Assembly (NCBI GenBank): GCA_963743305.1
Contig: CAVUPH010000006.1
Location: 128,001 to 192,000, forward strand
Direction: 5' to 3'
Source of the DNA: an uncultured delta proteobacterium
GTDB lineage: Bacteria; Desulfobacterota; RBG-13-43-22
Length of the DNA stretch: 64,000 nt
In this document: piece after piece, positions 1 through 9,335 of the stretch
Position numbering within the stretch: the first letter of the stretch is position 1
Layout: every line of letters starts with the position of its first letter
Made by a program: the position numbers and the translations under genes
The notes under the pieces: generated by a model
What the model saw: the letters and a program-made list of their open reading frames with translations, nothing else
Databases searched by the model: none
Told to the model about the DNA's origin: nothing

Positions 1-758
1 GTGATATTCTTCACCACTCCTTCCAGAATCTGCCCCTTTTCCAGGGTATCCAATATCTGGTTTCGCTGACTTTCCCTTTCTTTTTCCAATATGGATCGCC
101 GGGACAGAACGACATTGTTCCGCTTCTTATTGTATTTCAATATCTTAAAAAAGAGGGTTTGGCCGATGAGATGATCCATATCCCGAACCGGTTGAAGATC
201 CACTTGCGATCCGGGCAAAAAGGCCGGCAGGCCGATATCGACAGACAGGCCGCCCTTCACTTTCCCGACTACCCGGCCTTCAATGACCCCGTCATCCCGG
301 TAGATCCGGCTGATTTCATCCCAGATTAAAATCTTCGCCGCCCGTTCCTTGGAAAGACGGATATCGCCGTCATCTTCGTCTTCCCGCTTTTCAATGAGCA
401 CATCGATCCAATCGCCGACCTTGGCGGTTATTTCCCCGCCAACCGAACTCATAAATTCATCGATCGGGATCCGTCCCTCGGACTTATATCCGATATCGAC
501 CATGACAAATTCTTTCTCAATGCTCACGATCTTACCCCGAACGACTTCCCCCTCCTGGTAGGTTTTCAAGCTTTCTTCATATAAAGTCTGGAATTCCTGT
601 TCCCCCTGGACGGTTACCACGGATTCCTGGGTGGACGGTTCCTCCAAAGTCTGGAGATCCTCTTCCCCCCTGTCGGTTACCACGGATTCCTGGACGGACG
701 GTTCCTCAGTGTTGGTTTCTTGTTCAGGTTTACCCATTTCCTCGTTGTTTTTTTCCAT
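1..758 (-). CDS. rpsA: 30S ribosomal protein S1 (5' part; runs off window)
   Basis: Manual translation from ATG 758: MEKNNEEMGKPEQ...YEESLKTYQEGEVVRGKIVSIEKEFVMVDIGYKSEGRIP...LPAFLPGSQVD, S1 repeats; follows cmk. Confidence 0.95.
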   Translation of the reverse strand, partial: MEKNNEEMGKPEQETNTEEPSVQESVVTDRGEEDLQTLEEPSTQESVVTVQGEQEFQTLYEESLKTYQEGEVVRGKIVSIEKEFVMVDIGYKSEGRIPIDEFMSSVGGEITAKVGDWIDVLIEKREDEDDGDIRLSKERAAKILIWDEISRIYRDDGVIEGRVVGKVKGGLSVDIGLPAFLPGSQVDLQPVRDMDHLIGQTLFFKILKYNKKRNNVVLSRRSILEKERESQRNQILDTLEKGQILEGVVKNI

Positions 759-941
759 TTAATTGTTTATCCCCCTCAAAATCCTGGTTTATTATCCCGA
801 CCGCCTCTCCCTGACGGACAGGTGACCTTCAAAATCGAAATCAGCGTACAGACCAACCTCACTAAATCCGTATTAAAACTTTTCATTTATATCAAAAATA
901 AATAAAAAATCAAGTTTTTTCGTCAGCTTCGAAAAATAATA

Positions 942-1220
942 GGTTGTTCGCCCTTTTGGGTGGGTGGCCACAATAAAATGCAGCTTAGGGGGTCGCCGGG
1001 TCTCGGCGAAAGGGTTTTCCACATTGTCTTTTGGGTTCTAACCCGGCCCCGGTGTCTTCAAATCTTCCGGGAGGCAGGGCCAGCCTGGGAGGCATCAAAA
1101 GACTCGGAGTATGGGCCTGCTTTAAAAAAAGTTAGTCACTTTGGCCCGGGATCAAAGTCCGAAGTACCTTGGAAAAACCTTTCGCCGAGACCCGGCGACC
1201 GTACCCGATAGGCGGGGAGC
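942..1220. repeat. Repeat family R1 (~300 bp nested-IR MITE-like element), copy A
   Basis: TTCGCCCTTTTGGGTGGG end; inner IR 991-1021/1170-1200 (30/31 match); aligns with reverse complement of 56471-56784. Confidence 0.9.
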
Positions 1221-1257
1221 ATCAAATAATTACCATATTCCCCGGTAGACTCCCGGC

Positions 1258-1935
1258 TCAGACCGCCGGAGGGGACAGGCTGATTTTGGCCAACATTTTT
1301 TGCAATACCTCGTCAATCGAACAGCCGGAAGTATCAAGGACCAAGGCGTCGCTGGCCGGACGCAAAGGGGCTAAGGCCCGCTGTTGATCTCGAAGATCCC
1401 GCTGAGCCATTTCGGCCAGCACTTCGTCCAGACTCGGCGAGGGATACCCCGACTGGACCAATTCCCTTAATCGTCGCCGGGCCCGAACCTCCAGGGAGGC
1501 CTCCAAAAAAAACTTGATGGGAGCTTCGGGAAAAACCACGGTCCCCATATCCCGTCCCTCGGCGATCAAGCCCCCCAAAGACCCTATCCGCCTTTGTTTT
1601 TCGGTCAGAATTTCCCTGACCTCAGGCCGGGACGAAAAAATTGAGGCCCATTGACTGATTTCCGATTGTCGAATTTTCCGGGTGACTTCCACCCCTCCTA
1701 CTTGAACCGTTTGCCGGTCCCCCACCCCCTTTATTTCCACTTCAAGGGAAAGGATAAAGGCTTTTAATGGTTCTCCGCTTAAATGGCCTGCCCCCTTCTC
1801 TCGCAGAGCCCAGGCCACCGCCCGGTACATGGCCCCGGTATCCAGACATTCGAATCCCAGCCGATCGGCCAGCAGCCGGCATAAGGTGCTTTTCCCGCTG
1901 CCGGCCGGTCCGTCAATGGTGATGATGGGGAGCAT
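1258..1935 (-). CDS. cmk: cytidylate kinase
   Basis: ITIDGPAGSGKST P-loop, LDTGAMYR, EGRDMGTVVFP. Confidence 0.97.
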   Translation of the reverse strand: MLPIITIDGPAGSGKSTLCRLLADRLGFECLDTGAMYRAVAWALREKGAGHLSGEPLKAFILSLEVEIKGVGDRQTVQVGGVEVTRKIRQSEISQWASIFSSRPEVREILTEKQRRIGSLGGLIAEGRDMGTVVFPEAPIKFFLEASLEVRARRRLRELVQSGYPSPSLDEVLAEMAQRDLRDQQRALAPLRPASDALVLDTSGCSIDEVLQKMLAKISLSPPAV

Positions 1936-3040
1936 ACCCTGTTTTTCCTAACGAAAGGCGGAGGGCACTTAAAAACTTGGAGTTTTCCGAAGGAAGGCCG
2001 ACATTGACCCGTATGAACCGATCCAAACCGAAGCTTTTCATGGAGCGAATGATTACCCCCTGGCGGAGCATGTTCTCGTACAATATCTGGGCTTCCAGGG
2101 GGACTTCAATCAAAATAAAGTTGGTTTGCGAAGGGACTACCCTCAACCCCAGACGTTCAAGCTCCACTTCCAGCTTTTTCCTGCCCCTCAGGATCAGGCG
2201 GCGGGTCTTTTGATAGAAAGAATCGTCTTCCAGTGCCCCCAACGCTCCGGCTAAGGCCAGTGAATTCACATTGAAGGGTTGTCGGACCCGATTCAGGTAG
2301 TCCGCCAGTTCCGGGCTGGTCAACCCGTAACCTATTCGTAACCCGGCGAGACCGTAGGCCTTGGAAAAAGTGCGAACCACCAACAGATTCTTGTACTTGG
2401 CCAAATAATCCGTCCCCACAGGGCAGTTAGGATCCTCCACAAAATCGATATAAGCCTCATCCAGAAGTATCAATACTCCGGACGGCACTCGTTTTATAAA
2501 ATATTCCCAGTCCTTGCGGGACACAACGGTTCCGGTCGGATTGTTGGGATTGTTAACGATCACTATTCTGGTCCGCGGACCAATCCCTTTAAGCAGCCCT
2601 TTCAAGTCCACCGTAAATCCTGCTAAAGGGATCAATCGGTTTCGCCCGTTCAAGGCCTGAACGGCCTTGGTGTACATCAAAAAAGAGGGAAAAGGGGAAA
2701 GGACTTCGTCTCCCGGAGTCATGAAGGTTTTCAGGGCCAACTCAATGATCTCGTTGGATCCGTTGCCCAAAAATATCCGGCTCGCCTCCACCCTTAACCG
2801 TTCACTTAAGGCCTGCTTCAGATAATAGCCGCTTCCATCCGGGTAGCGGTGCAACTGGGCCAGCTCCCGTTGAATCGCCAAAACCGCTTTAGGGGAAGGT
2901 CCCAGCGGATTTTCATTGGAGGCCAGTTTAACTACTTCTCGGATCCCATATTCCCGGGTTAACTCGTCAATGGGTTTTCCGGGAGGATAGGGTACCAAGT
3001 CCTGGATGGTTTTCTTTACCGAGGGTAATCGCTTTTCCAT
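1913..3040 (-). CDS. hisC: histidinol-phosphate aminotransferase
   Basis: KLASNENPLG, NPNNPTG, DEAY, RTFSKAYGLAGLRIG. Confidence 0.96.
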   Translation of the reverse strand: MEKRLPSVKKTIQDLVPYPPGKPIDELTREYGIREVVKLASNENPLGPSPKAVLAIQRELAQLHRYPDGSGYYLKQALSERLRVEASRIFLGNGSNEIIELALKTFMTPGDEVLSPFPSFLMYTKAVQALNGRNRLIPLAGFTVDLKGLLKGIGPRTRIVIVNNPNNPTGTVVSRKDWEYFIKRVPSGVLILLDEAYIDFVEDPNCPVGTDYLAKYKNLLVVRTFSKAYGLAGLRIGYGLTSPELADYLNRVRQPFNVNSLALAGALGALEDDSFYQKTRRLILRGRKKLEVELERLGLRVVPSQTNFILIEVPLEAQILYENMLRQGVIIRSMKSFGLDRFIRVNVGLPSENSKFLSALRLSLGKTGYAPHHHH

Positions 3041-3199
3041 AGAGCCCTTATATCATCCTACTTTGAAAAATCAACTGCTAATTTTTTCTGTTCAGAGGTG
3101 ATCTTTTTCCTTGCATTTTTAAATAATATCAGTATCCTTTGCTATCAAGGTCTCTAAAAAGCGTTAAGTTTTCCCAAATTAAAAAGGAGAATTGGGGTT

Positions 3200-3478
3200 A
3201 TGAATAAATCGCAATTGATTGAAGCCTTGGCCAAAATGCAGGGTTTGACCATTAAAAATGCCGAATTCGTGGTCACCAATTTTTTTGATAGTATTGAGTT
3301 GGCTTTAGTACACCGGGAGCGTGTGGAAATTCGGGGGTTCGGAAGTTTTAAGGTTAAGAACTACCAGGGTTACCAGGGAAGAAACCCCAAAACCGGCTCG
3401 GTGATCAATGTCAACCAAAAAAAGCTTCCTTTTTTTAAAGTCGGCAAAGAATTGAAAGAAATGGTCGATATCTTATAG
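3200..3478 (+). CDS. HU/IHF family DNA-binding protein (IHF-beta-like)
   Basis: MNKSQLIE, VEIRGFGSF, GRNPKTG, FKVGKELKE; AGGAG RBS. Confidence 0.93.
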   Translation: MNKSQLIEALAKMQGLTIKNAEFVVTNFFDSIELALVHRERVEIRGFGSFKVKNYQGYQGRNPKTGSVINVNQKKLPFFKVGKELKEMVDIL

Positions 3479-3489
3479 AGTTATGCAGC

Positions 3490-3757
3490 TTGGTCGTGCT
3501 AGGCGGGGAGTTAGCGGTGCCCTGTACCCGAAATCCGCTTATGCGGGGCTGAATATCCTCTTGAGGACTTGAAATAGCCATGGTGATTACCTCTCTTGAA
3601 ATTGGGATTGGACGTTACGCAACAAACGATTATGAACCCCGTCAGGTCCGGGAGGAAGCAGCGGTAAATAATGCGGTTTGTGTCGTAACTGCCTCTAGTC
3701 TTTTGTTTCAGGCAGGGGACACCCTGGCTGTTGGTTCGAGAGAGGATGCACGGCCAA
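3490..3757 (+). ncRNA. ffs: large (Alu-domain) bacterial SRP RNA
   Basis: Helix-8 motif TCAGGTCCGGGAGGAAGCAGC (~3641-3663); 5' Alu-like GCTAGGCGGGGAGTTAGCGGTGCCCTGTACCCGAAATCCGC; ends TTGGTCGTGC/GCACGGCCAA pair; ~270 nt. Confidence 0.9.
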
Positions 3758-3936
3758 GAATAGGTTTAAATCCTTAAAGGACGCGAGGGGATGCCTTTCA
3801 GCTTTTTGTTTCCTGATGTCAAACCCTTGACCCTAATTTCCTTTTTTGTCACGAAAACAAGACAGTACGAGATGGCTCCGGGCGATATTTATGTTTAATT
3901 ATTTGAAATTATTTAATATTTTTATTTTACTGGTTT

Positions 3937-3952
3937 TGGCATATGAATTGCT
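3937..3952 (+). promoter_or_regulatory. sigma54 -24/-12 promoter of pilMNOPQ
   Basis: TGGCATATGAATTGCT (GG-N10-GC); AT-rich tract and TGTC/GACA motifs upstream. Confidence 0.8.
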
Positions 3953-4024
3953 TTAATTCCGACGAAATGTTTATATTTTAGATTGAGGATAAACGAATTT
4001 CCAAAGAGACGCTGAACCGAATTG

Positions 4025-5080
4025 ATGCGCTTTTCCAAACCCACTAAACTCATCGGGGTCGATATAGGTTCACAAGCCATTAAGGTTTGCCAAGTTGATC
4101 AATCGTCCGCTGGAATTGCCCTCGAACATTACGGACAGACCGACCTCCCTCCCCACTCCATTCAAGACGGCAGCATAAAAGATCACCAGGTCATTGCCAG
4201 AAGCTTAGCCACCTTATTGGAGCACTTAGAAATCTCGACCAAGGAGGCGGCCTTTGCCATTTCCGGTTATTCGGTCATAATCAAGAAAATCACCCTGCCC
4301 TTGTTGACCGAAAAGGAGTTGTCCGAGACTATCCATCTGGAAGCCGAACAACATATCCCTTTTGATGTCCGGGAAGTGAATCTGGACTTCCAAATACTTG
4401 GGCCGTTAAAAGATGAACCGGATACCATGGCCGTTTTACTGGTAGCCGGAAAAAAAGATATTTTAGAGACCTATCAGCAGATACTTCAGACGGCTGGATT
4501 AGAGGTCAAGATTGCCGATGTGACCGCCTTTTCTCTCCAGAATGCCTACGAAGTCAATTACCCCTTGAGCGGGAACCCGATTGCCGTTCTGGATCTGGGA
4601 TCGGACCTCATTACCGTTAATGTGTTTAATTCTTCGGGGCCTCTTTTCATCCGGGATTTGCCTTTGGGCGGCCGGCAGATAACTGAACAGATTCAAACCC
4701 AGGGCAAGCTGTCCTTTAATGAGGCCGAAGAGTCCAAGTTAAAATGGGACCCCTCCGTTCGGTCACTGGAGTCCATCGGTCCGGCCGTTTTGAATACCCT
4801 CGCCTCCTGGGCTGAGGAAATTAAAAGGGCCTTTGATTTCCTGGCCGCCTCCGATCCCGAAAGCCGCCCGACCAAGGTCGTTCTTTCCGGGGGATCAGCC
4901 TTGATCCCCGGACTGGCCCCGTTCTTTTCCCGGGAATTGAAGCTTCCGGTGGAACTGTTCAACCCCTTTACTCAGGTTAAAGTGAATCCCGACGTCTTTG
5001 ATCGAGAGTCACTCAACCGGGTGGCCCCCCAGGCAGTGACCGCTCTGGGGTTGGCCTTACGCCGGAGAGGCGATCGATGA
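4025..5080 (+). CDS. pilM: type IV pilus assembly protein PilM
   Basis: GVDIGSQAIK, EAEQHIPF, VVLSGGSA, ALGLALR; actin-like fold; first of operon. Confidence 0.95.
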   Translation: MRFSKPTKLIGVDIGSQAIKVCQVDQSSAGIALEHYGQTDLPPHSIQDGSIKDHQVIARSLATLLEHLEISTKEAAFAISGYSVIIKKITLPLLTEKELSETIHLEAEQHIPFDVREVNLDFQILGPLKDEPDTMAVLLVAGKKDILETYQQILQTAGLEVKIADVTAFSLQNAYEVNYPLSGNPIAVLDLGSDLITVNVFNSSGPLFIRDLPLGGRQITEQIQTQGKLSFNEAEESKLKWDPSVRSLESIGPAVLNTLASWAEEIKRAFDFLAASDPESRPTKVVLSGGSALIPGLAPFFSRELKLPVELFNPFTQVKVNPDVFDRESLNRVAPQAVTALGLALRRRGDR

Positions 5081-5685
5081 TCCGGATCAATCTGTTATCC
5101 AGGGAGGAACCGCGGGGAACGGATAAGTCCTCGTGGATCCGGAATATTTTTATACTCTCCCTGGGAGCGATCCTGGCTTTCGTCATCATCGGGTACTGGA
5201 TATTAGGCGCGCAGATTCAGCGTTTGGAGACAGAGCGCTTAAGCCTGGAAAAACAGGCCCAGGGTTTTTCGACCCTGCAACGGGAAATCAAGGTCTTGAA
5301 AGACAAGAAGGAATTGGCCCAGAACCGTCTGGTCCTGCTGACCCGACTGGAAAAAGAAAGACACGGCCCGGTGCGATTATTGGAGCAACTCGCCGTGGCC
5401 CTGCCGGTTAATCAGCTTTGGATCACCGCCCTAAAGGAAACGGACTCGGAGATCCGCTTGGACGGGATGAGCTTAAGCAATCAAGTCCTGGCCGATTACA
5501 TGAAACGATTGGATACCCTGGAACCCATTTCGCGGGTCGATTTAATCCAATCCAGCCAGGTAACCTACCCGACAGCGACCAAGGGACAACCCCCTCCTAC
5601 TTGGGAGATCAAAATCAACCAATTCACGATCACCGCCCTCAAAAAAGGGTCGGTGAGGCCTCCGGCGCCGGTGGAGAAAAAATAA
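5077..5685 (+). CDS. pilN: type IV pilus assembly protein PilN
   Basis: MIRINLL motif, TM helix, coiled coil. Confidence 0.93.
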   Translation: MIRINLLSREEPRGTDKSSWIRNIFILSLGAILAFVIIGYWILGAQIQRLETERLSLEKQAQGFSTLQREIKVLKDKKELAQNRLVLLTRLEKERHGPVRLLEQLAVALPVNQLWITALKETDSEIRLDGMSLSNQVLADYMKRLDTLEPISRVDLIQSSQVTYPTATKGQPPPTWEIKINQFTITALKKGSVRPPAPVEKK

Positions 5686-5689
5686 AGCC

Positions 5690-6343
5690 ATGGCCTTTTA
5701 CACCCCGCTGGTCGATCAATGGATCATGCTCAGTCCGGCCAAAAAAATAGCCGCCGGGGCTTGCGGCCTGGTTTTGTTGGCCCTGGCCCTGAGTCTCTTC
5801 ATTCTTAAGCCGAAATGGGATAAACGGGTGGAGCTTCAGGAAGATGTCCTTCGGGGTCGGGAACGGTTGGCCCAAATACAAAAAACGTTGGCTCAAATCA
5901 AACAATTTCAGAACGATCTGGTCCAGATTGATCTTCAACTCAAAGAAGTGACCGCTGTACTTCCCGCAGACAAGGAGATTCCGGAACTCTTAAAATCCGT
6001 TTCCTCTGTCGGTCAACAGAACGGCTTGGAATTTTTGCTTTTTAAGCCGGAACCGGAAATCGCCCGCGATTTTATTACTGAAGTCCCTGTTAGCGTTCAA
6101 CTGAGGGGCCATTACCACCAGATGGGTATTTTCTTTGATCAGATCCGTCGTCTCCCCCGCTTGATTAACGTCCATAACCTGGAAATGGGGGCCTATGACG
6201 AAAAATCAGGCCAGATAACCGCCCGATGTCAATTGGTAACCTACAAGCTTTTGTCAACCCCGGTTCCGACACCGGGACAGCCCCCCCAAAGCCCCTCGGC
6301 CTCGGGGACCAAACCCGTTCCCCCGGAGAGCAAAGTAAAATGA
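5690..6343 (+). CDS. pilO: type IV pilus assembly protein PilO
   Basis: TM helix, LPADKEIPELL, GHYHQMGIFFDQIRRLPRLINV. Confidence 0.93.
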   Translation: MAFYTPLVDQWIMLSPAKKIAAGACGLVLLALALSLFILKPKWDKRVELQEDVLRGRERLAQIQKTLAQIKQFQNDLVQIDLQLKEVTAVLPADKEIPELLKSVSSVGQQNGLEFLLFKPEPEIARDFITEVPVSVQLRGHYHQMGIFFDQIRRLPRLINVHNLEMGAYDEKSGQITARCQLVTYKLLSTPVPTPGQPPQSPSASGTKPVPPESKVK

Positions 6344-6855
6344 TCCAAAAATTCAAATATTTTTGGATAGGTATTTGTATCCTGGCCGCCTACGGGTGCG
6401 GTCCTTCCGGGGAAAGGCCGATCGCTCAAAAGCTAACACCCCTGACCTTGGGAAAAACCTTAACCCCTCAAATGGCCCTGCCGCCGTCGGCCGGTCCCTC
6501 GACTTTGCCGCCTAAAACTGAACCGTACTACGACCCCAGCGGAAAGCCGGATCCTTTCCAGCCACCGGTGCTGGAGCAGCCCCAACAGACCAAACAACAA
6601 CTTCCGCTGCAAAAGTTTGAAGTAAGTGAATTTCAGTTGGTTTCAACTGTCACCGGTCCGGGTGAAAAAAAGGCTATGGTCCAGGATCCCTTTGGAAAAG
6701 GGTACCTTATCAAGGTGGGGACTCCCATCGGCAAAAACCAGGGGCGGGTGGTGGCTATTGCGAATCGGGAAATTTTGATAAAAGAAACAATTAAAGACTA
6801 TTTGGGCCGGGAAAAGCCCCGAACCGTACTTTTAAAAATGCCCCTGGCCCCTTAG
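6340..6855 (+). CDS. pilP: type IV pilus lipoprotein PilP
   Basis: ATGA overlap with pilO; lipobox-like LAAYGC; YDPSGKPDPF, GTPIGKNQG. Confidence 0.9.
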   Translation: MIQKFKYFWIGICILAAYGCGPSGERPIAQKLTPLTLGKTLTPQMALPPSAGPSTLPPKTEPYYDPSGKPDPFQPPVLEQPQQTKQQLPLQKFEVSEFQLVSTVTGPGEKKAMVQDPFGKGYLIKVGTPIGKNQGRVVAIANREILIKETIKDYLGREKPRTVLLKMPLAP

Positions 6856-6921
6856 GTGCTTACATAACTTGCTAACCTATTTTCTATTTGAACGGAACTC
6901 CAATCATTCGGTGAGGAGCCA

Positions 6922-8877
6922 ATGACACCTAAATTAAGATCGAAAACCGGGATACTGGTCTGGATGGGTTTAATCCTGATGACCCTGGGGTCTTTCAGCC
7001 CTTCTTCCTGGGCCAAGGAGGGGAATAAACCCCAGGCCAATTTAGTGAATATTCAGTCCAACCGAACTGCCGATCAATTACGGCTGCAATTAACGGTCAC
7101 CCAACCGATTAAAATCCGGACCGTCTTTATTCTGGAAGAACCCCAAAGGTTGGTGCTGTATTTATCTCCCTGCCGCCTGGGTCTTAAACAGCCGCCGACT
7201 ATTTCGGATGACCCGCTGGTTTCGGACTTACGCGTCTCCCAATTCAATCCCTCTACCACCCGGATCGTATTGATCGTCCCCCAACGGCCTTCTTTTAAGG
7301 TATATCCCTCCAAGGACTCTCCTTTGATCTGGCATGTGGATCTGGCGACGGCTTCCAAAAAGAAAACCGCTCCGGAGTTGGTTGGTGGCGGGCCTCCGCC
7401 CCGGACCAAAGAAGTCCTCAATTTGAACGAATTCAAACGGGAGCAGGAAACGGCGCTGATACCTCGCACGCCCGTCTCTCCCCCGCGGGTCACCTTTGAT
7501 TTCTACAACGCCGACTTACACAACGTCCTCCGCCTGCTGGGGGAAGTGGGGCAGGTCAATATCATCGTCGGTGAAGAAGTGAAGGGCAAAGTGACCGTCA
7601 GTCTAAAAGGCGTCCCCTGGGATCAGGCGTTAGACATGATCTTGAATTCCAACCGGCTGATAAAAATAACCGACGGGAAAAACATCCGGATTTCCACTCT
7701 GAAGGATTATGTAGAGGTCGAAACCATCCGGCGGAAAGAAAGCCAGAGCGTGGTCAAGGAACAGCAGGACCTACTAAAAACCGAGCAGGAACTGCTAAAA
7801 ACCGAAGACGCGCTCCAGAAAGTCCAGGAGGGCCGACTTCCCCTGCTGACCAAAACGATAAAGCTGAATTATATTGCAGCGGAGGAAATGAAAAAAATAA
7901 TAGATGCCATCTGGGGCGGGGGGAAAGGACCGGACAGTCCGGGGATGAACGATGCCTCCGGTCCATCAACCACGGGTGCGACTAAATTGGGAAAAGGCAT
8001 CTGTGCGGCCCTGAAACAAACGAACTCCATTTTTATCCGGTCCAACAGAATAGATATCGACCACATCGAAAAATTGATAAGGGCCAATGACCAGCCTACC
8101 CCGCAGGTAATGATCGAAGCCAGGGTTGTCGAAGCCAATTCCAGCTTTGCCCGGGACTTTGGACTGCAATGGGGGGGCGGCGCCAGTTATTCAAATCCGT
8201 ATGGTCCGCTGGCGGGAACGCTGAGAGGATTCAGTTCCGATACCGGGAATGACGCCGTAAATCTTCCGATAGGATCCGGGTCTTCCCTCAATCCTTTTTC
8301 AGGGATGGCGGGGATCGGATTGACGATTGCTTCCGCCAATCTGAATATCGATGTCCGCTTGCGAGCCTTCGAACAACAGGGCGATGTTAAAATTATATCC
8401 TCACCAAAAATTTTAACCCTGGACAATAAAAAGGCAACGATCAAACAAGGCTTAAAACTACCGGTAACCACTCGCGACCAAAATAACGCTTTTACAACGG
8501 TGTATATAGATGCCAATCTAAGATTGGAGGTTACCCCCCATATAGCCAGAAACGGCAAGAAAATAACCATGAGCGTGAAACTTAACAACGACCGGATAGA
8601 GGATAGAATTCAAGATATCAACCTAAACCGGGCTATCAATACCCAGGAAGCCGAACTGGAATTGGCGATTAATGATGGAGAAACGCTGGTAATCGGGGGA
8701 ATAAAAAGCCGAACGGAAAGCAACACGGATCGGGGGGTCCCCGGATTGAAAGATGTTCCCATCTTGGGTTGGCTGTTTAAATCCAAGGAAAAGAGCACGG
8801 ACGATTCGGAATTATTGTTATTCATCACGCCCAAAATCATTTTGCCGCTGCAGGAAAAATTTGCTTCTGAAAATTAA
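6922..8877 (+). CDS. pilQ: type IV pilus secretin PilQ (AMIN + secretin)
   Basis: VPWDQALD, QVMIEARVVEA, DGETLVIGG, VPGLKDVPILGWLFK, ELLLFITPKI. Confidence 0.96.
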   Translation: MTPKLRSKTGILVWMGLILMTLGSFSPSSWAKEGNKPQANLVNIQSNRTADQLRLQLTVTQPIKIRTVFILEEPQRLVLYLSPCRLGLKQPPTISDDPLVSDLRVSQFNPSTTRIVLIVPQRPSFKVYPSKDSPLIWHVDLATASKKKTAPELVGGGPPPRTKEVLNLNEFKREQETALIPRTPVSPPRVTFDFYNADLHNVLRLLGEVGQVNIIVGEEVKGKVTVSLKGVPWDQALDMILNSNRLIKITDGKNIRISTLKDYVEVETIRRKESQSVVKEQQDLLKTEQELLKTEDALQKVQEGRLPLLTKTIKLNYIAAEEMKKIIDAIWGGGKGPDSPGMNDASGPSTTGATKLGKGICAALKQTNSIFIRSNRIDIDHIEKLIRANDQPTPQVMIEARVVEANSSFARDFGLQWGGGASYSNPYGPLAGTLRGFSSDTGNDAVNLPIGSGSSLNPFSGMAGIGLTIASANLNIDVRLRAFEQQGDVKIISSPKILTLDNKKATIKQGLKLPVTTRDQNNAFTTVYIDANLRLEVTPHIARNGKKITMSVKLNNDRIEDRIQDINLNRAINTQEAELELAINDGETLVIGGIKSRTESNTDRGVPGLKDVPILGWLFKSKEKSTDDSELLLFITPKIILPLQEKFASEN

Positions 8878-8895
8878 TTTTTTAAAGGGGAAAAT

Positions 8896-9300
8896 ATGAG
8901 CAGGTATAGGCATTGGATTCATATTCTTTATCCGCTTTTATTTAGTTTAATCTTTACCTGTGCGGGCCAGGCCGAAAACAGCAAAAAGGAAGTATTGCCC
9001 GCTTCCGCCATGTCCGGAATAATTAAGGGAACCTTTGAACCGGGGAAACTTTTACTATCTTCCAATGACAAGATCGTTATCGATTTGGAAAAAGTGTCTG
9101 GGACTAAACCCGGGGATTATGTGGAAATTTATCAACCCCTGGATATTGAAAAGAAAAAGGATGGCGAGGCGTTATATCGAAAAATCGGACTGGGAATACT
9201 TATTGAAAAGATTGACGAAAAGAAAGCCATTTGCATTATTGATTCCAGTGTAAAAGAAATATCCGTCGGGGATTTGGTCCGGGTGATTAATCCCCGGTAG
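8896..9300 (+). CDS. exported hypothetical protein, FlgT-C/TsaP-C-like beta domain
   Basis: Signal peptide; IVIDL..SGTKPGD..EIY and SVKEISVGDLV patterns; GGGG RBS, 18 bp after pilQ. Confidence 0.65.
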   Translation: MSRYRHWIHILYPLLFSLIFTCAGQAENSKKEVLPASAMSGIIKGTFEPGKLLLSSNDKIVIDLEKVSGTKPGDYVEIYQPLDIEKKKDGEALYRKIGLGILIEKIDEKKAICIIDSSVKEISVGDLVRVINPR

Positions 9301-9335
9301 GGGCTACTCGGTTTCAATTTTTTCGGAGACCCTTC

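Noticed and set aside
960-1211. Small ORFs inside repeats (also 3580-3777, 47923-48153, 52963-53232, 56611-56805)
   Set aside because: They overlap repeats or the SRP RNA, and starts and stops are not conserved between copies.
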